Assembly (NCBI GenBank): GCA_965205655.1 | Contig: CBDBIJ010000038.1 | Location: 1-33,197, forward strand | Length of the DNA stretch: 33,197 nt | From: Candidatus Latescibacterota bacterium | Lineage (GTDB): Bacteria > Latescibacterota > UBA2968 > UBA8231 | Direction of reading: 5' to 3' | Part shown: piece after piece, positions 18,088 to 28,100 of the stretch | Layout of the letters: each line of letters starts with the position of its first letter | Position numbering within the stretch: position 1 is the first letter of the stretch | The notes under the pieces: model-generated | Databases searched by the model: none | What the model was told of the DNA's origin: nothing | The model's input: only the letters and a program-made list of their open reading frames with translations | Translations under genes and position numbers: made by a program

Positions 18088-19777
18088 AGGCTCGGTGTCC
18101 TCCGTCGGTTTCGAGGCGATAAAAATAAACGCCGTTGGCGACCACATCGCCGTCATCGTCGCGACCGTCCCAGTTTTCGCCGTGATTGCGTCCGCCAGTG
18201 CGGTGCGCGTCGCCGACGAGACGCCTCACCCGGCGGCTGGCGAAGTCGAAGATGTCGATGGTCACAGCCGCTTCGCCGGCCAGACTGTAAATGATGCGGG
18301 TAAGCTCCCCTTCCGAGGGATCGAATGGGTTCGGCGCGGCATAGGTAGTACTGGACTCGGGGTCGACGACGCCGACCTCGCCGACGATCCGACCGGTGTC
18401 GACGGAGCGAGTCAAAAGCGGAAAGTTGAGCACCTTCCAACTCGCACCGCCGTCAACTGAGCGGCCAAGCCCGTTCTCCGCTCCCACCCAGATCGCTTGG
18501 ACGCCATCGGCGCCGCGGATGCTCTCGAGGCCGTTGAAGGTGCCGCGCAGGGCGTCGCGCGTGTCCGGGTCGGCGACGGTGACAGGTCCCCAACTGAGGC
18601 CCCCGTCCTCGCTGAGAAACAGTCCCTTTTCCGTGCTCGCCCACACACCATCGTCGGTGAAGGCGAAGTCCCAGGCGAAGCCTGGACCTTCTTCGCCCGG
18701 ACTTTCTTTGAAGAAGCGCCAGGAGTTGCCGCTGTCGAGCGTGTAGCTGATGCCGTCCACCTGCCCCTGCCCCTCCGCGACCCTCGTGCCGGCCCAGATG
18801 ACGGACGCTCCCGAGCTCAACCGCTGGCGCTTCAGTGCGACGACCCACTCGGCGGAGATGTTTCCAGGCAGGGGTTTGTCATCCGAATCGAGACGGACCC
18901 TGAGGTTCGCCCAGGTGGCGCCCCCATCGAGGGTACGCGCCACCCCGGCGGATGTTCCGATCCAGGCGGTATCGCCATAGGCGATGACGGAAAAGGTGCG
19001 GTGGAGGAGACGCTGCCTGCGCAGTGAATCGGCGGACGCGAGAACCTGTGCGATGCGGTCATCGTCGGCGCCGGTCGTCGACAGGCTGTCGGCGAGAATG
19101 TCGAGGCTGTCGGCAGCCGTGTCGGCCTCGGTGAAGACGATGCGGTCGGCTCCGTCCGGCAGGACCCGTTCCCAGGACCGTCCATTGTTCTTCGATCGCA
19201 CTGAAGATCCCGCGAAGAAGGTGCCCCATACCGTGTCGCCCTCGAAGGCAAGCCCGAAACAGGCGTTCTGCGCCGCCGTGCGCGGTCCGCCTCGAAAACT
19301 CGGCACGGCCGGATCGAATATGCGGCCGTTCGGTATGTGTTCCCAACTCAGGCCTCCGTCGAGTGAAAGACTCAGCCCATTGCCTGCCTGCCGGTCGCGC
19401 TGACCACCTATGACACTGTCGACCAGGGTGGCGACCCACACTGTGTCGCCGGCAGCCGCCAGCGCGCTCACGGCGCCGCGACCCAAACCGTTCTGCTCGG
19501 TAAAGGTGACCCAGTGCTCGGCTGACAAACCGTCCCCAGTGCGGGGATCATGTCGCGCCAGCCCCTCATTGGTCGCGACCCACAGATAGCGACCGCTCCA
19601 CACGACGTCGGAGATAGAGGCGCCGACGAGGCCGCCAACAGGCTGCTCCGGCTCTTCGCCCTGGAGAAAATGTAAGGGCAGAGATGACCGCGCCGGAGCG
19701 ATGATGGCGAAAAGGGAAAGGCAGACGAGCACGCCGGCAACGCCGACGCCGTCGCGAAGCGAGGTGCCGCTAGGCAT
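18062..19777 (-). CDS. Secreted BNR/Asp-box beta-propeller with C-terminal FlgD-Ig (T9SS CTD-like) domain
   Basis: Six Asp-box-like motifs (SLDGGLSW, SKNNGRSW, TLDGGATW, TLDSGNSW, SEDGGLSW, SVDGGASW). C terminus YAAPNPF...IDIFD...WDGRDDDG..VANGVYFYRL...KVVVLD. Confidence 0.85.
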   Translation of the reverse strand: MPSGTSLRDGVGVAGVLVCLSLFAIIAPARSSLPLHFLQGEEPEQPVGGLVGASISDVVWSGRYLWVATNEGLARHDPRTGDGLSAEHWVTFTEQNGLGRGAVSALAAAGDTVWVATLVDSVIGGQRDRQAGNGLSLSLDGGLSWEHIPNGRIFDPAVPSFRGGPRTAAQNACFGLAFEGDTVWGTFFAGSSVRSKNNGRSWERVLPDGADRIVFTEADTAADSLDILADSLSTTGADDDRIAQVLASADSLRRQRLLHRTFSVIAYGDTAWIGTSAGVARTLDGGATWANLRVRLDSDDKPLPGNISAEWVVALKRQRLSSGASVIWAGTRVAEGQGQVDGISYTLDSGNSWRFFKESPGEEGPGFAWDFAFTDDGVWASTEKGLFLSEDGGLSWGPVTVADPDTRDALRGTFNGLESIRGADGVQAIWVGAENGLGRSVDGGASWKVLNFPLLTRSVDTGRIVGEVGVVDPESSTTYAAPNPFDPSEGELTRIIYSLAGEAAVTIDIFDFASRRVRRLVGDAHRTGGRNHGENWDGRDDDGDVVANGVYFYRLETDGGHRAFGKVVVLD

Positions 19778-20597
19778 AACCAGCGGCGCGCTCTCTGAGT
19801 GATTCGATTGCCTCGTAGCCGATACCGCAGTCGCCGATTTTCGGGCCCTCGGCCTCGCCGTGGCTGTCCGAGCCTCCGGACGGGAGGAGGCCGTAGCGCT
19901 CGGCGGCCGCGGTGTAGTGTTCGATGAGCGTCGGATGGTGAGAGGGGTGATACACCTCTACTCCGTCGAGACCGCATTCGGCGAGTTGGGCCAATTCGGT
20001 TTCGGGGAAGCTGGCGCCCGGATGAGCGAGCACGGCGACGCCGCCAACATCGTGGACGAGTGAGATGATCTGCTCGACCGGAGTGTGCGGCTTGGGCACT
20101 GCGGCCGGACCCCGGTCGCCGATATAGCGCACGAAGGCCTCCTCCTTATCGGAGACGGCGCCTCGATCCACCATGGCGGCAGCAACGTGTGGCCGGCCGA
20201 CGACGCCGGTCCCGGCCTTTTGGAGGACATCCTCCACAGTCACGTCCACGCCCAGTTCGTTGAGTCTGGCTACCATTGCTTCGCTGCGCTCACGCCGCCG
20301 CCGGTGCATTAACGACAGAAACTCGACGAGCGTCCGAGCCTTCCAATCGATGAAGTAGGTCAGAAGGTGAACTTCTCGCTCGTCAACGTGGGCGCTCAAC
20401 TCAGAACCGGGGATCAGCTCGACGCCGAGCGATTGTCCGGCTCGCGTCGCCTCATCGATGCCCTCGACGGTGTCGTGATCGGTCAAGCTCAGCGCCCGCA
20501 CGCCGGCGGCCTCGGCTTCCTCTACCGCCTGGGTCGGCGTGGGCAGTCCGTCGGAGCAGAAGGAGTGGACGTGGAGATCGGCAAGATTGTACTGCAC
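19770..20597 (-). CDS. PHP-domain phosphoesterase (YciV/TrpH-like)
   Basis: DLHVHSFCSDG, LTDHDT, GSELS, VHLL, GRPHVA, AHP and GGSDSHG. Confidence 0.93.
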   Translation of the reverse strand: MQYNLADLHVHSFCSDGLPTPTQAVEEAEAAGVRALSLTDHDTVEGIDEATRAGQSLGVELIPGSELSAHVDEREVHLLTYFIDWKARTLVEFLSLMHRRRRERSEAMVARLNELGVDVTVEDVLQKAGTGVVGRPHVAAAMVDRGAVSDKEEAFVRYIGDRGPAAVPKPHTPVEQIISLVHDVGGVAVLAHPGASFPETELAQLAECGLDGVEVYHPSHHPTLIEHYTAAAERYGLLPSGGSDSHGEAEGPKIGDCGIGYEAIESLRERAAGYA

Positions 20598-20721
20598 GAG
20601 ACAGAGTATTATTGGATGGAGGAGTGAAGGAATCGAGAGCGATCAAAGATAGGAAAAAAGCTCAGCAGGTGCCCGGTCACAGGGGCAGAGACGTCTGCCA
20701 CTCTGCGTGGTTCCCATCCAC

Positions 20722-21000
20722 CTAGATGTAATTCAGTCCAAGCTCGGCGACCAACTCCCTGGTGCCGGTATCGAGGAGGGAGCAGATGAGGGCAAAACCG
20801 AATTCGCGATCGATATCCCGGGCGTATTGAGTCTGCTCATCGCGATAGTTGAGTCGCTGAAATCCCAGCACCGCGTCTTTGAACCTGTCGGGAGACTCAT
20901 AGATGACCACTTGCGCCAATTCGGCGTGATCGAGGGCATCGCTGACGTAGTCGTCGCCGAAGATCTCCTCCAGCGCGGTGCGCAACTGACGGTGTAGCAT
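20722..21000 (-). CDS. Small acidic hypothetical protein (92 aa)
   Basis: Protein-like composition. ATG overlaps the upstream TGA (TGATG) with AG-rich upstream sequence. Confidence 0.75.
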   Translation of the reverse strand: MLHRQLRTALEEIFGDDYVSDALDHAELAQVVIYESPDRFKDAVLGFQRLNYRDEQTQYARDIDREFGFALICSLLDTGTRELVAELGLNYI

Positions 21001-21200
21001 CAGAAAGGATAGAGCTCGTCCAGTTTCCTGTGCAGCCGAAGATTCCGCGTCGCGTCGCCGCGATGTCCGAGCTGGCTCAAAACGACTTCGATCGCCGGGC
21101 GGCGAAGCCAGGTCAACAACACGAGCCCCATGTCCAACGGCACCTGCCGGAGCTCCAGTCGAAAGACGAGGGCAGCTGTGGAGACGATCCCTCTCAGCAC
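21000..21200 (-). CDS. Small hypothetical protein (66 aa)
   Basis: Fills the gap after purC; its stop overlaps the next ATG. Confidence 0.5.
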   Translation of the reverse strand: MLRGIVSTAALVFRLELRQVPLDMGLVLLTWLRRPAIEVVLSQLGHRGDATRNLRLHRKLDELYPF

Positions 21201-21220
21201 GATTGCATCCCGCCGGCCAC

Positions 21221-22192
21221 CTATCCAGGCAAATAGGGCTCGATTGCCCTCTCGATGCGATCCTTGACCGCGAGGCCGTTCGAGTCGGCGCTGAACGGCT
21301 GGCCCGTCATTCGCTCATACAAATCGATATAGCGCGCAGCTACCTGGAGCCTGATGTGGTCGTTCAGATCCGGGATGTTGTCGTCGGTGATCCCCTGCTC
21401 TTTCAGCCACAGACGGAGGAACTCCTTATCTAGCATCTCCGGCTCCTCGCCCCCGGCGTGGCGCTCTTCGTAGGTGTCGGCGATCCAGTAGCGCGATGAG
21501 TCGGGTGTGTGGATCTCGTCGGCGATGGCGATGGCCCCCGCGCTGTTGCGCCCCATTTCGTATTTCGTGTCCACGAGGATCAACCCCTCTTTTGCGGCCA
21601 GCTCGGTGCCGCGCGCAAACAGTGCCAGCGCGATGTGCTCGATCTCCTCCCACGTTTCCCGATCGACCAGTTCCCGTTCGAGGATCTGCCGAGGCGAGAT
21701 TGACTCGTCGTGGTCGTCCGCCTTCGTGGAAGGCGTAATGATGGGGCTCTCGAAGGGCTGATTCTTGACCATGCCATCGGGCAGATTCAGTCCGCAAAAC
21801 TGGCGCACGCCTCTCGAATAGTGGGTCCACACGGAGGTTTCCGTGCTGCCGGTCAGATAGGCCCTCACGACGATCTCCACAGGAAACATCTCCAGCTCCT
21901 CGGCCACTGTGACGTTGCCGTCGGGGACGGCGATCACATGGTTGGGGACGATATCCGCCGTCCTCTCGAACCAGAACTGGGCGATGCGATTGAGCACCTG
22001 CCCCTTGAGGGGAATGGTGCCGAGGACGTGGTCGAAGGCGCTCTGGCGGTCGGTGGTGATGAGCACCCGCTTGTCTGACAGCAGGTACATGTCCCGCACC
22101 TTGCCCTGCTTGTAGTAGGCCTGCCAGCGGTCGTACCTGGCGTCCATGAGGCAGTTCTGGAGCTGCGTCTCGAGCTCTTGTCGAGTCATCAT
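21221..22192 (-). CDS. purC: SAICAR synthase (long, plant/Bacteroidota-like type)
   Basis: GKVRD, TDRQSAFD, IPLKGQVL, PVEIVVRAYLTGS, TPSTKA, LVDTKYEMG, DEIHTPDSSRYW and LDKEFLR. Confidence 0.97.
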   Translation of the reverse strand: MMTRQELETQLQNCLMDARYDRWQAYYKQGKVRDMYLLSDKRVLITTDRQSAFDHVLGTIPLKGQVLNRIAQFWFERTADIVPNHVIAVPDGNVTVAEELEMFPVEIVVRAYLTGSTETSVWTHYSRGVRQFCGLNLPDGMVKNQPFESPIITPSTKADDHDESISPRQILERELVDRETWEEIEHIALALFARGTELAAKEGLILVDTKYEMGRNSAGAIAIADEIHTPDSSRYWIADTYEERHAGGEEPEMLDKEFLRLWLKEQGITDDNIPDLNDHIRLQVAARYIDLYERMTGQPFSADSNGLAVKDRIERAIEPYLPG

Positions 22193-22240
22193 CGATTCTG
22201 TTTTTCCAGCGGGGAGAAGAGTGTGGCAACCGTGATTTTT

Positions 22241-22320
22241 AAGGTATCCCGCTCCCGTAAACCGGTCAACAGCTCCCACCTGCCCAGCTGCTTGCTATTC
22301 GCCCTAAACCGGCCTATGTT
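22241..22320. promoter_or_regulatory. Divergent sigma70-type promoters for purC and the HD gene
   Basis: Minus: TTGACC-N17-TACCTT (22269-22241). Plus: TTGCTA-N17-TATGTT (22292-22320). Confidence 0.6.
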
Positions 22321-22364
22321 ACTCGGCCGTAGCGCTTAGACGACCATCACCTCGGCTCGGGGAA

Positions 22365-22967
22365 TTGAGTTCAGTGGACAGGGATAGCGCTTGGTCGCTG
22401 CTTTCCGAATACACCCGGAATCCCAATCTCATCAAGCACGCCCTCGCCGTCGAGGCCGCCATGCGGGCCTACTCGCGGCGATTCGATGAGGATGAGGAGT
22501 TGTGGGGGATCGTCGGCCTCATCCACGACTTCGACTACGAGCGCTGGCCCGATCCGAAGGATCACCCGCAACGGGGTTCAGAAATCCTGCGGCAGGCCGG
22601 CTATCCGGAGGAAGTCATCTACGCCATCCAGGCCCATGCCACATATCTGGAGCTGGAGAGGCGCAGCAAAATGGATCAGGCGCTGTTCGCGGTGGACGAG
22701 CTGTGCGGATTCATCACCGCCGTAACGCTCGTGCGCCCGAGTCGCGACGTCGCCGACGTGAAGGTGAGCTCGATCAAGAAGAAGTGGAAACAGAGGAGCT
22801 TCGCTGCAGCGGTCAGTCGCGAGGACATGACACTGGGCGCGCATGAGCTCGGCGTCGAGCTGGACGAGCACATCGGATTCGTTCTGGTTGCCCTGCAGGA
22901 GACCGCACCCGATGTCGGCCTGTCAGGTGAGTTGGAGCCGGCCGGCGCCAAGGCGAGCTCGGGATAG
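22365..22967 (+). CDS. HD (HDIG) domain metal-dependent hydrolase
   Basis: KHALAVEAAM, GLIHDFDYE, H, AH, DELCGFI and KKKWKQRSFAAAVSRE. Confidence 0.9.
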   Translation: MSSVDRDSAWSLLSEYTRNPNLIKHALAVEAAMRAYSRRFDEDEELWGIVGLIHDFDYERWPDPKDHPQRGSEILRQAGYPEEVIYAIQAHATYLELERRSKMDQALFAVDELCGFITAVTLVRPSRDVADVKVSSIKKKWKQRSFAAAVSREDMTLGAHELGVELDEHIGFVLVALQETAPDVGLSGELEPAGAKASSG

Positions 22968-23067
22968 CGAATCAACCAGGTGGCATGGTCGTCAGAAGAT
23001 GCGTGCCCGCCACGGTGTTATGACCGGGGGTCGTTTGCGACCTCACAAAACAACCAGGGAGGTCGAC

Positions 23068-23547
23068 ATGCTACGGGGGCTAACGGTGTTGGCAATGGTC
23101 CTGGGCTTGTGGGCATGCAGCGAAGAAGCCGAGAAAGCCGAGCTCCAGACCTACGTGAAGGCGATTCAGAAGTTCGACACCTACAACCAGAGAATCCAAG
23201 ATTACATCACGAACCTCGACGACCCGACCTACGAGGTCACCGAGGAACGCATCGACGAGGCGCGCCGGCTGCTTAAGGACTACGCCGAGGTGGTGGCAGA
23301 AGTATCCGAACCGGACGACAACACCCTGAGATTCACCCACGAGCTCTATGTGCGCATCTTCAAGGACGCCCAGCGTCTCGCCACGGATCGCACCGGCGAT
23401 CTGAAGAGGCAGGCTCACTCGGTGGTGATCGGGTTTCGGAATCTGCGACGCGACGTCGCCGACCGGGTATATGACACTCTCGACGTGCTGCTCGCGAGAC
23501 GAGACCTGTCGACAGACGAGTACGCCCTTGACTGGCCTTCTTCCTGA
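23068..23547 (+). CDS. Helical lipoprotein, hypothetical
   Basis: GGAGG RBS and MLRGLTVLAMVLGLWA-C lipobox. Confidence 0.8.
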   Translation: MLRGLTVLAMVLGLWACSEEAEKAELQTYVKAIQKFDTYNQRIQDYITNLDDPTYEVTEERIDEARRLLKDYAEVVAEVSEPDDNTLRFTHELYVRIFKDAQRLATDRTGDLKRQAHSVVIGFRNLRRDVADRVYDTLDVLLARRDLSTDEYALDWPSS

Positions 23548-23606
23548 GAGCGGACAGGGTAGCGGCCAGCGATAACCAATCGACTATAGCGATAGCGATG
23601 AGATGG

Positions 23607-23634
23607 ATCCCCGCCCATCGGCGGGGATTTTTTT
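23607..23634 (+). terminator. Rho-independent terminator
   Basis: ATCCCCGCC-CATC-GGCGGGGAT followed by a T run, between convergent genes. Confidence 0.85.
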
Positions 23635-25123
23635 ATCTGACGGCAAAGCCCCAGCGCGCCGGACGCAACTGTAGAAGCCAGGGTTGCAAGGAGGACATGA
23701 GGCCGGTGTAGAGAAAACCTGTGTGAAACAGCAGGAGGAAGGGCATACCGAAGTACAAGCCGATGGACCAGGCCTGATGCAGGACCGCGACGAAATAGGC
23801 CGCCATGGCTATTTCGGCCACCGCGAGAAGCGTCTTCTTGCCCGCGTATTTGCGGCCGACGGCGCTTTGTCCCCCGGTAACGCCGTACTTGGGGGTGCGG
23901 TGAAAATTGCCGCGATGTCCCACAAGACCTTCGAGCACTCCGCGGCTATTGTTCACGCACAGACTGATGCCGATAGCCATCAGCGCAGGAAGAAACTTGA
24001 TCTGCTTCTTCCAATCGAGATAGAGGGCGCGCTGCGACACGATGTAGAATCCGGAAACTGCCAGGGTGGCCATCGAAAACAGAGGCAGGTCGATGATGAG
24101 CAGTCGCTGCCAGCCGAGTTGGGAGCGGATGGTCAGGACTGGCAGCATGAGGATGGCCATGGCGAGCATGAGAACGTAGTTGCAGTTGGACGTCAGGTGG
24201 ACGGTGGCCTCGAGTTTGATGCGCAGCGGCAGGCCGCTGGCCCACATCTTCGGCAAGATCTTCTTGGCCGTCTGCACCGCTCCCTTCGTCCAGCGGTGCT
24301 GCTGCGTCTTGAAGGCGTTCATCTCCACGGGCAGCTCGGCGGGTACCTCGAGCTCTGGCAGAAACAGGAAATTCCACCCCGCCAGCTGGGCCCGGTAGCT
24401 CAAATCGAGATCCTCGGTGAGCGTGTCGTGCTGCCAGCCACCGGCCTCGAGGATGCTCTGTTTGCGCCAGACGCCGGCAGTTCCGTTGAAATTGAAGAAA
24501 CAGCCCGACCTGTTGCGGGCGGTGTGTTCGATCATCATGTGACCGTCGAGGAAGATGGACTGGATGCGAGTGAGCAGGGAATAGTCCCGATTCAGGTGTC
24601 CCCAGCGCATCTGCACCATACCGAGCCCGGGGTCGGTGAAGTAGTGGATGGCCTCGTGCAGAATGTGCGGCGGCGGCACGAAGTCGGCATCGAGGATGAG
24701 GATGAATTCGTGCTTGGCCCGCTCGAGGCCGGCGGCCAGAGCGCCAGCTTTGAAGCCCTCGCGAGTGTGCCGATGCAGGTACTCGATGTCGAGTCCGTCG
24801 GCGGCGAGCCGCTCTGACATCAACTGGGCTCGCTGCGACGTTTCGTCCTCCGAGTCGTCGAGGACCTGCACCTGCAGCCTGTCGGCGGGGTAGTCGAGGC
24901 GGCTTACCGCGAGCAGCAGGCGGTCGACGACGTGGTATTCGTTGTAGATGGGAAGCTGAACGGTGACGCCGGGCAGCTCGCCGAAACGCTCGGCCGGCGC
25001 CGGCGAAGGGCGCCGGTGCCGGTAGAACAGGCGCAGCATGTGGTAGCGGTGCAGGCCGTAGATGCTCAACAGCGCCACGACGAGGCAGTAGGCGAACAGG
25101 CAGCTGAATTGCCACCAGCTCAT
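23633..25123 (-). CDS. GT2 processive glycosyltransferase, cellulose-synthase-like (CslA/mannan synthase-like)
   Basis: QLPIYNE, LDDS, GFKAGAL, DADF, FNGTAGVWR, TEDLD and QQHRW, plus C-terminal TM helices. ATG 25123 lies 1 nt after the secA stop. Confidence 0.9.
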   Translation of the reverse strand: MSWWQFSCLFAYCLVVALLSIYGLHRYHMLRLFYRHRRPSPAPAERFGELPGVTVQLPIYNEYHVVDRLLLAVSRLDYPADRLQVQVLDDSEDETSQRAQLMSERLAADGLDIEYLHRHTREGFKAGALAAGLERAKHEFILILDADFVPPPHILHEAIHYFTDPGLGMVQMRWGHLNRDYSLLTRIQSIFLDGHMMIEHTARNRSGCFFNFNGTAGVWRKQSILEAGGWQHDTLTEDLDLSYRAQLAGWNFLFLPELEVPAELPVEMNAFKTQQHRWTKGAVQTAKKILPKMWASGLPLRIKLEATVHLTSNCNYVLMLAMAILMLPVLTIRSQLGWQRLLIIDLPLFSMATLAVSGFYIVSQRALYLDWKKQIKFLPALMAIGISLCVNNSRGVLEGLVGHRGNFHRTPKYGVTGGQSAVGRKYAGKKTLLAVAEIAMAAYFVAVLHQAWSIGLYFGMPFLLLFHTGFLYTGLMSSLQPWLLQLRPARWGFAVR

Positions 25124-25124
25124 G

Positions 25125-28100
25125 TCAGGCGGCGCGCCCGCAACAGCGCTTGTACTTCTTGCCGCTGCCGCATGGACATGGGGTGTTGCGGCCGACCTTT
25201 GGGCCGACGCGCACTGGTTCGCGCGTTGCCTCGCCGCCGCCATCGGGCCCGCCCGACACCAGTCCTCGATCCCTGGGAGCTTTCTGTGCCGCGCCCGGCT
25301 GTCCGAGCAGAAGACCATCGGCCCGGTCGGCACCGGACTCGGCCGCCGCACCGGGGCGAAAGCCCAGGTTGGTGGCCTCGCGATGGATCGAGCTGTAACG
25401 TCCCGCCTGTTGCCTCGCCTCGATGGTGGGAGGCTCGGCCTCGATGCGCAGCCGCAGCAGATTCCTCAACGATTCCTGGTTGATGCGGTCGACGAGCTGC
25501 TCGAACATGTCGTAGGCGCCCTTCTTGTACTCGATGAGCGGATTCTTGCCACCGATGCCGACGAATCCCACGCCCTCCTTCAGCTCGTCCATCTCGTAGA
25601 GATGCTCCTGCCAGCACGTGTCGATCGTGTGTAGCAGCAGCGCCTTCTCGACTTCGCGAAAGGTCTCTTCGCCGACCAGTTCCAGGCGCTTTTCGTAGGC
25701 CTCGGTGACGCAATGCAGGACTTGCTCCCGCACCTGCTCCGGGGTGGCTGTGGCGCGCTGGTCGACATCGATCGGGAAGGGCGTAAAGAACGTGCCGCCG
25801 ACCTCGGCGGCGAAATCTTCCCACGGCCACTCTTCGGGATGGGCCTCGGCGTGGATGTGGGTGGCCATGAGCCCGTCGACCGTCTCCTCCATGATTTCCA
25901 GGACCTGCTCGCGGGCGGAGTCGCGCTCGAGCACGTCGCGGCGGCGGTTGTAGATAACCTGGCGCTGCTGGTTCATGACGTCATCGTACTCGAGCAGGTG
26001 TTTGCGCATGTCAAAGTTGCGCGCCTCCACCTTCTTCTGGGCCCGCTCGATCGAGCGGGTGACCATGCGGTGCTCGATGACCTCACCTTCCTCGGCGCCG
26101 AGGCGATCCATCACGGAGGCGATGCGCTCGGAGCCGAACAGCCTCATGAGGTCGTCCTCGAGAGAGAGGTAGAACCGACTGGAACCGGGGTCGCCCTGGC
26201 GGCCAGACCTGCCGCGCAGCTGCCTGTCGATGCGGCGCGCCTCGTGGCGCTCGGTGCCGATGACCTGCAGGCCGCTGGGGTGCTCGCTCAGCTCCTCGCG
26301 CAGCGTCCCACCCGAGGCGCGCTGGTCGAGGGTCACATCCGACTCCACAACCGTGCGGTCGATGTGAATGACCTCGGGGTTGAGCTTGATGTCGGTACCC
26401 CGGCCGGCCATGTTCGTGGCGATGGTGACGGCTCCCGGTTGGCCGGCCTCGGCGACCACCTGGGCCTCTTTCTCGTGGTAACGCGCATTCAGCAGCTGAT
26501 GTTTGATGCCGCGGCGCGTCAGCATGCGACTGAGGAGCTCGGACGCCTCCACCGAAACGGTACCCACCAGGACTGGGAGATTCAGCTCGTGGAGCGCGGC
26601 GGCGTCCTCGATGATGGCGTTGTACTTCTCGCGCTTCGTGCGGTAAATCTGGTCTTCGTGATCGACCCGCCGCACCGGCCGGTGGGTGGGAACGACGACG
26701 ACGTCGAGTTTGTAAATCTCCCACAGCTCGTGTGACTCTGTCTCGGCCGTACCGGTCATGCCAGCTATCTTGTGGTACATGCGAAACAGGTTCTGCAGCG
26801 TGATGGTGGCCACCGTCTGAGTTTCCTGCTCGACCTTGACCCCCTCTTTGGCCTCGAGCGCCTGGTGCAGCCCGTCGGCGAAGCGACGCCCGGGCTGCGG
26901 CCGACCTGTGCTCTCGTCGACGATGACGACCTTCTTGTCTTCTGTGACGAGATACTGAATGTCCTTTTCGAACAGGCTGTACGCCTTCATGAGCTGATTG
27001 ATGTTGTGCACAGCCTCGGTGCGGTGGGCGTGGTCGCGGTAGGCCTCCTCCTCCTGCTCGCGACGCTCGTCGTCGGTGAGTGCCGCATCCTTGCGAATGG
27101 CGTCGATCTTTTCGCTCAAATCGGGCAGTATGAACAGGGCCTGCTCGTCGGGTGAGAGCAAGTCTCGCCCCTGTTCGGTGAGATCGATGGTGTGCGCTCT
27201 CTCGTCGACGATGTAGTAGAGGGATTCGTCGATTTCGTTGAGGCGTTTGTCGCGCATGTAGTCGGCTTCCACGCGGCTGATGAGCCGCTTGATCCCCTCT
27301 TCCTGCAGAAGCTTCATGAGCCGCTTGTTCTTCGGGGCGCCGCGGGAGGCCTTCAGCAGGTCGATGCCCACGTCGTAGTCGACGCCGTCGGTGTCGGACT
27401 CATCATCACGGTGTGCCTTTTCCGCCGCGGCGATGGTTTTATTGACAAGGTTCGTCTGCGCCTGAAGGAGCTTCTCAACCAGCGGTTTGAACTCGCTGTA
27501 GCGGTTCGTTGACTCGGGCACTGGCCCGGAGATGATGAGCGGGGTGCGAGCGTCGTCGATGAGGTTGCTGTCGGCCTCGTCGACGATGGCGTAGTTGAAC
27601 TCCCGCAGGCTCATGTCCTCCCGGCGGGTGGCCATGTTGTCGTACAGATAGTCGAATCCCACTTGGTCCTTGGTGGCGTAGACGATGTCGGCTCGGTAAG
27701 CCTCCCGGCGCGTGGCCGGTTGCCAGACGAAGTCGTCAGGCACGCCCTCCTGGGCGGGCAACAGGTAGGCCTCGGCGCCGCCAGTCTGGCGGGCGTCCTG
27801 CACCACGCCGACGGAGAGCCCGAGGGAATTGTAGGTGGCACCCATCCACATGGCATCGCGCTTGGCCAGGTAGTTGTTGTGTGTGATGAGGTGGCACCCT
27901 CTGCCAGTGAGGGCATTGAGGTAGAGTGGCATCGTGGCCACGAGAGTCTTGCCCTCTCCGGTTGCCATCTCGGCGATCTTGCCCTGGTGGAGGACGATGG
28001 CGCCGAAAAGCTGGACATCGTACGGCACCATGAACCACTCCTCCTGCCCCGCCACACCCTCCCAGCTGCGGCCGACCAGACGCCGACAGGTCTCCCTGAC

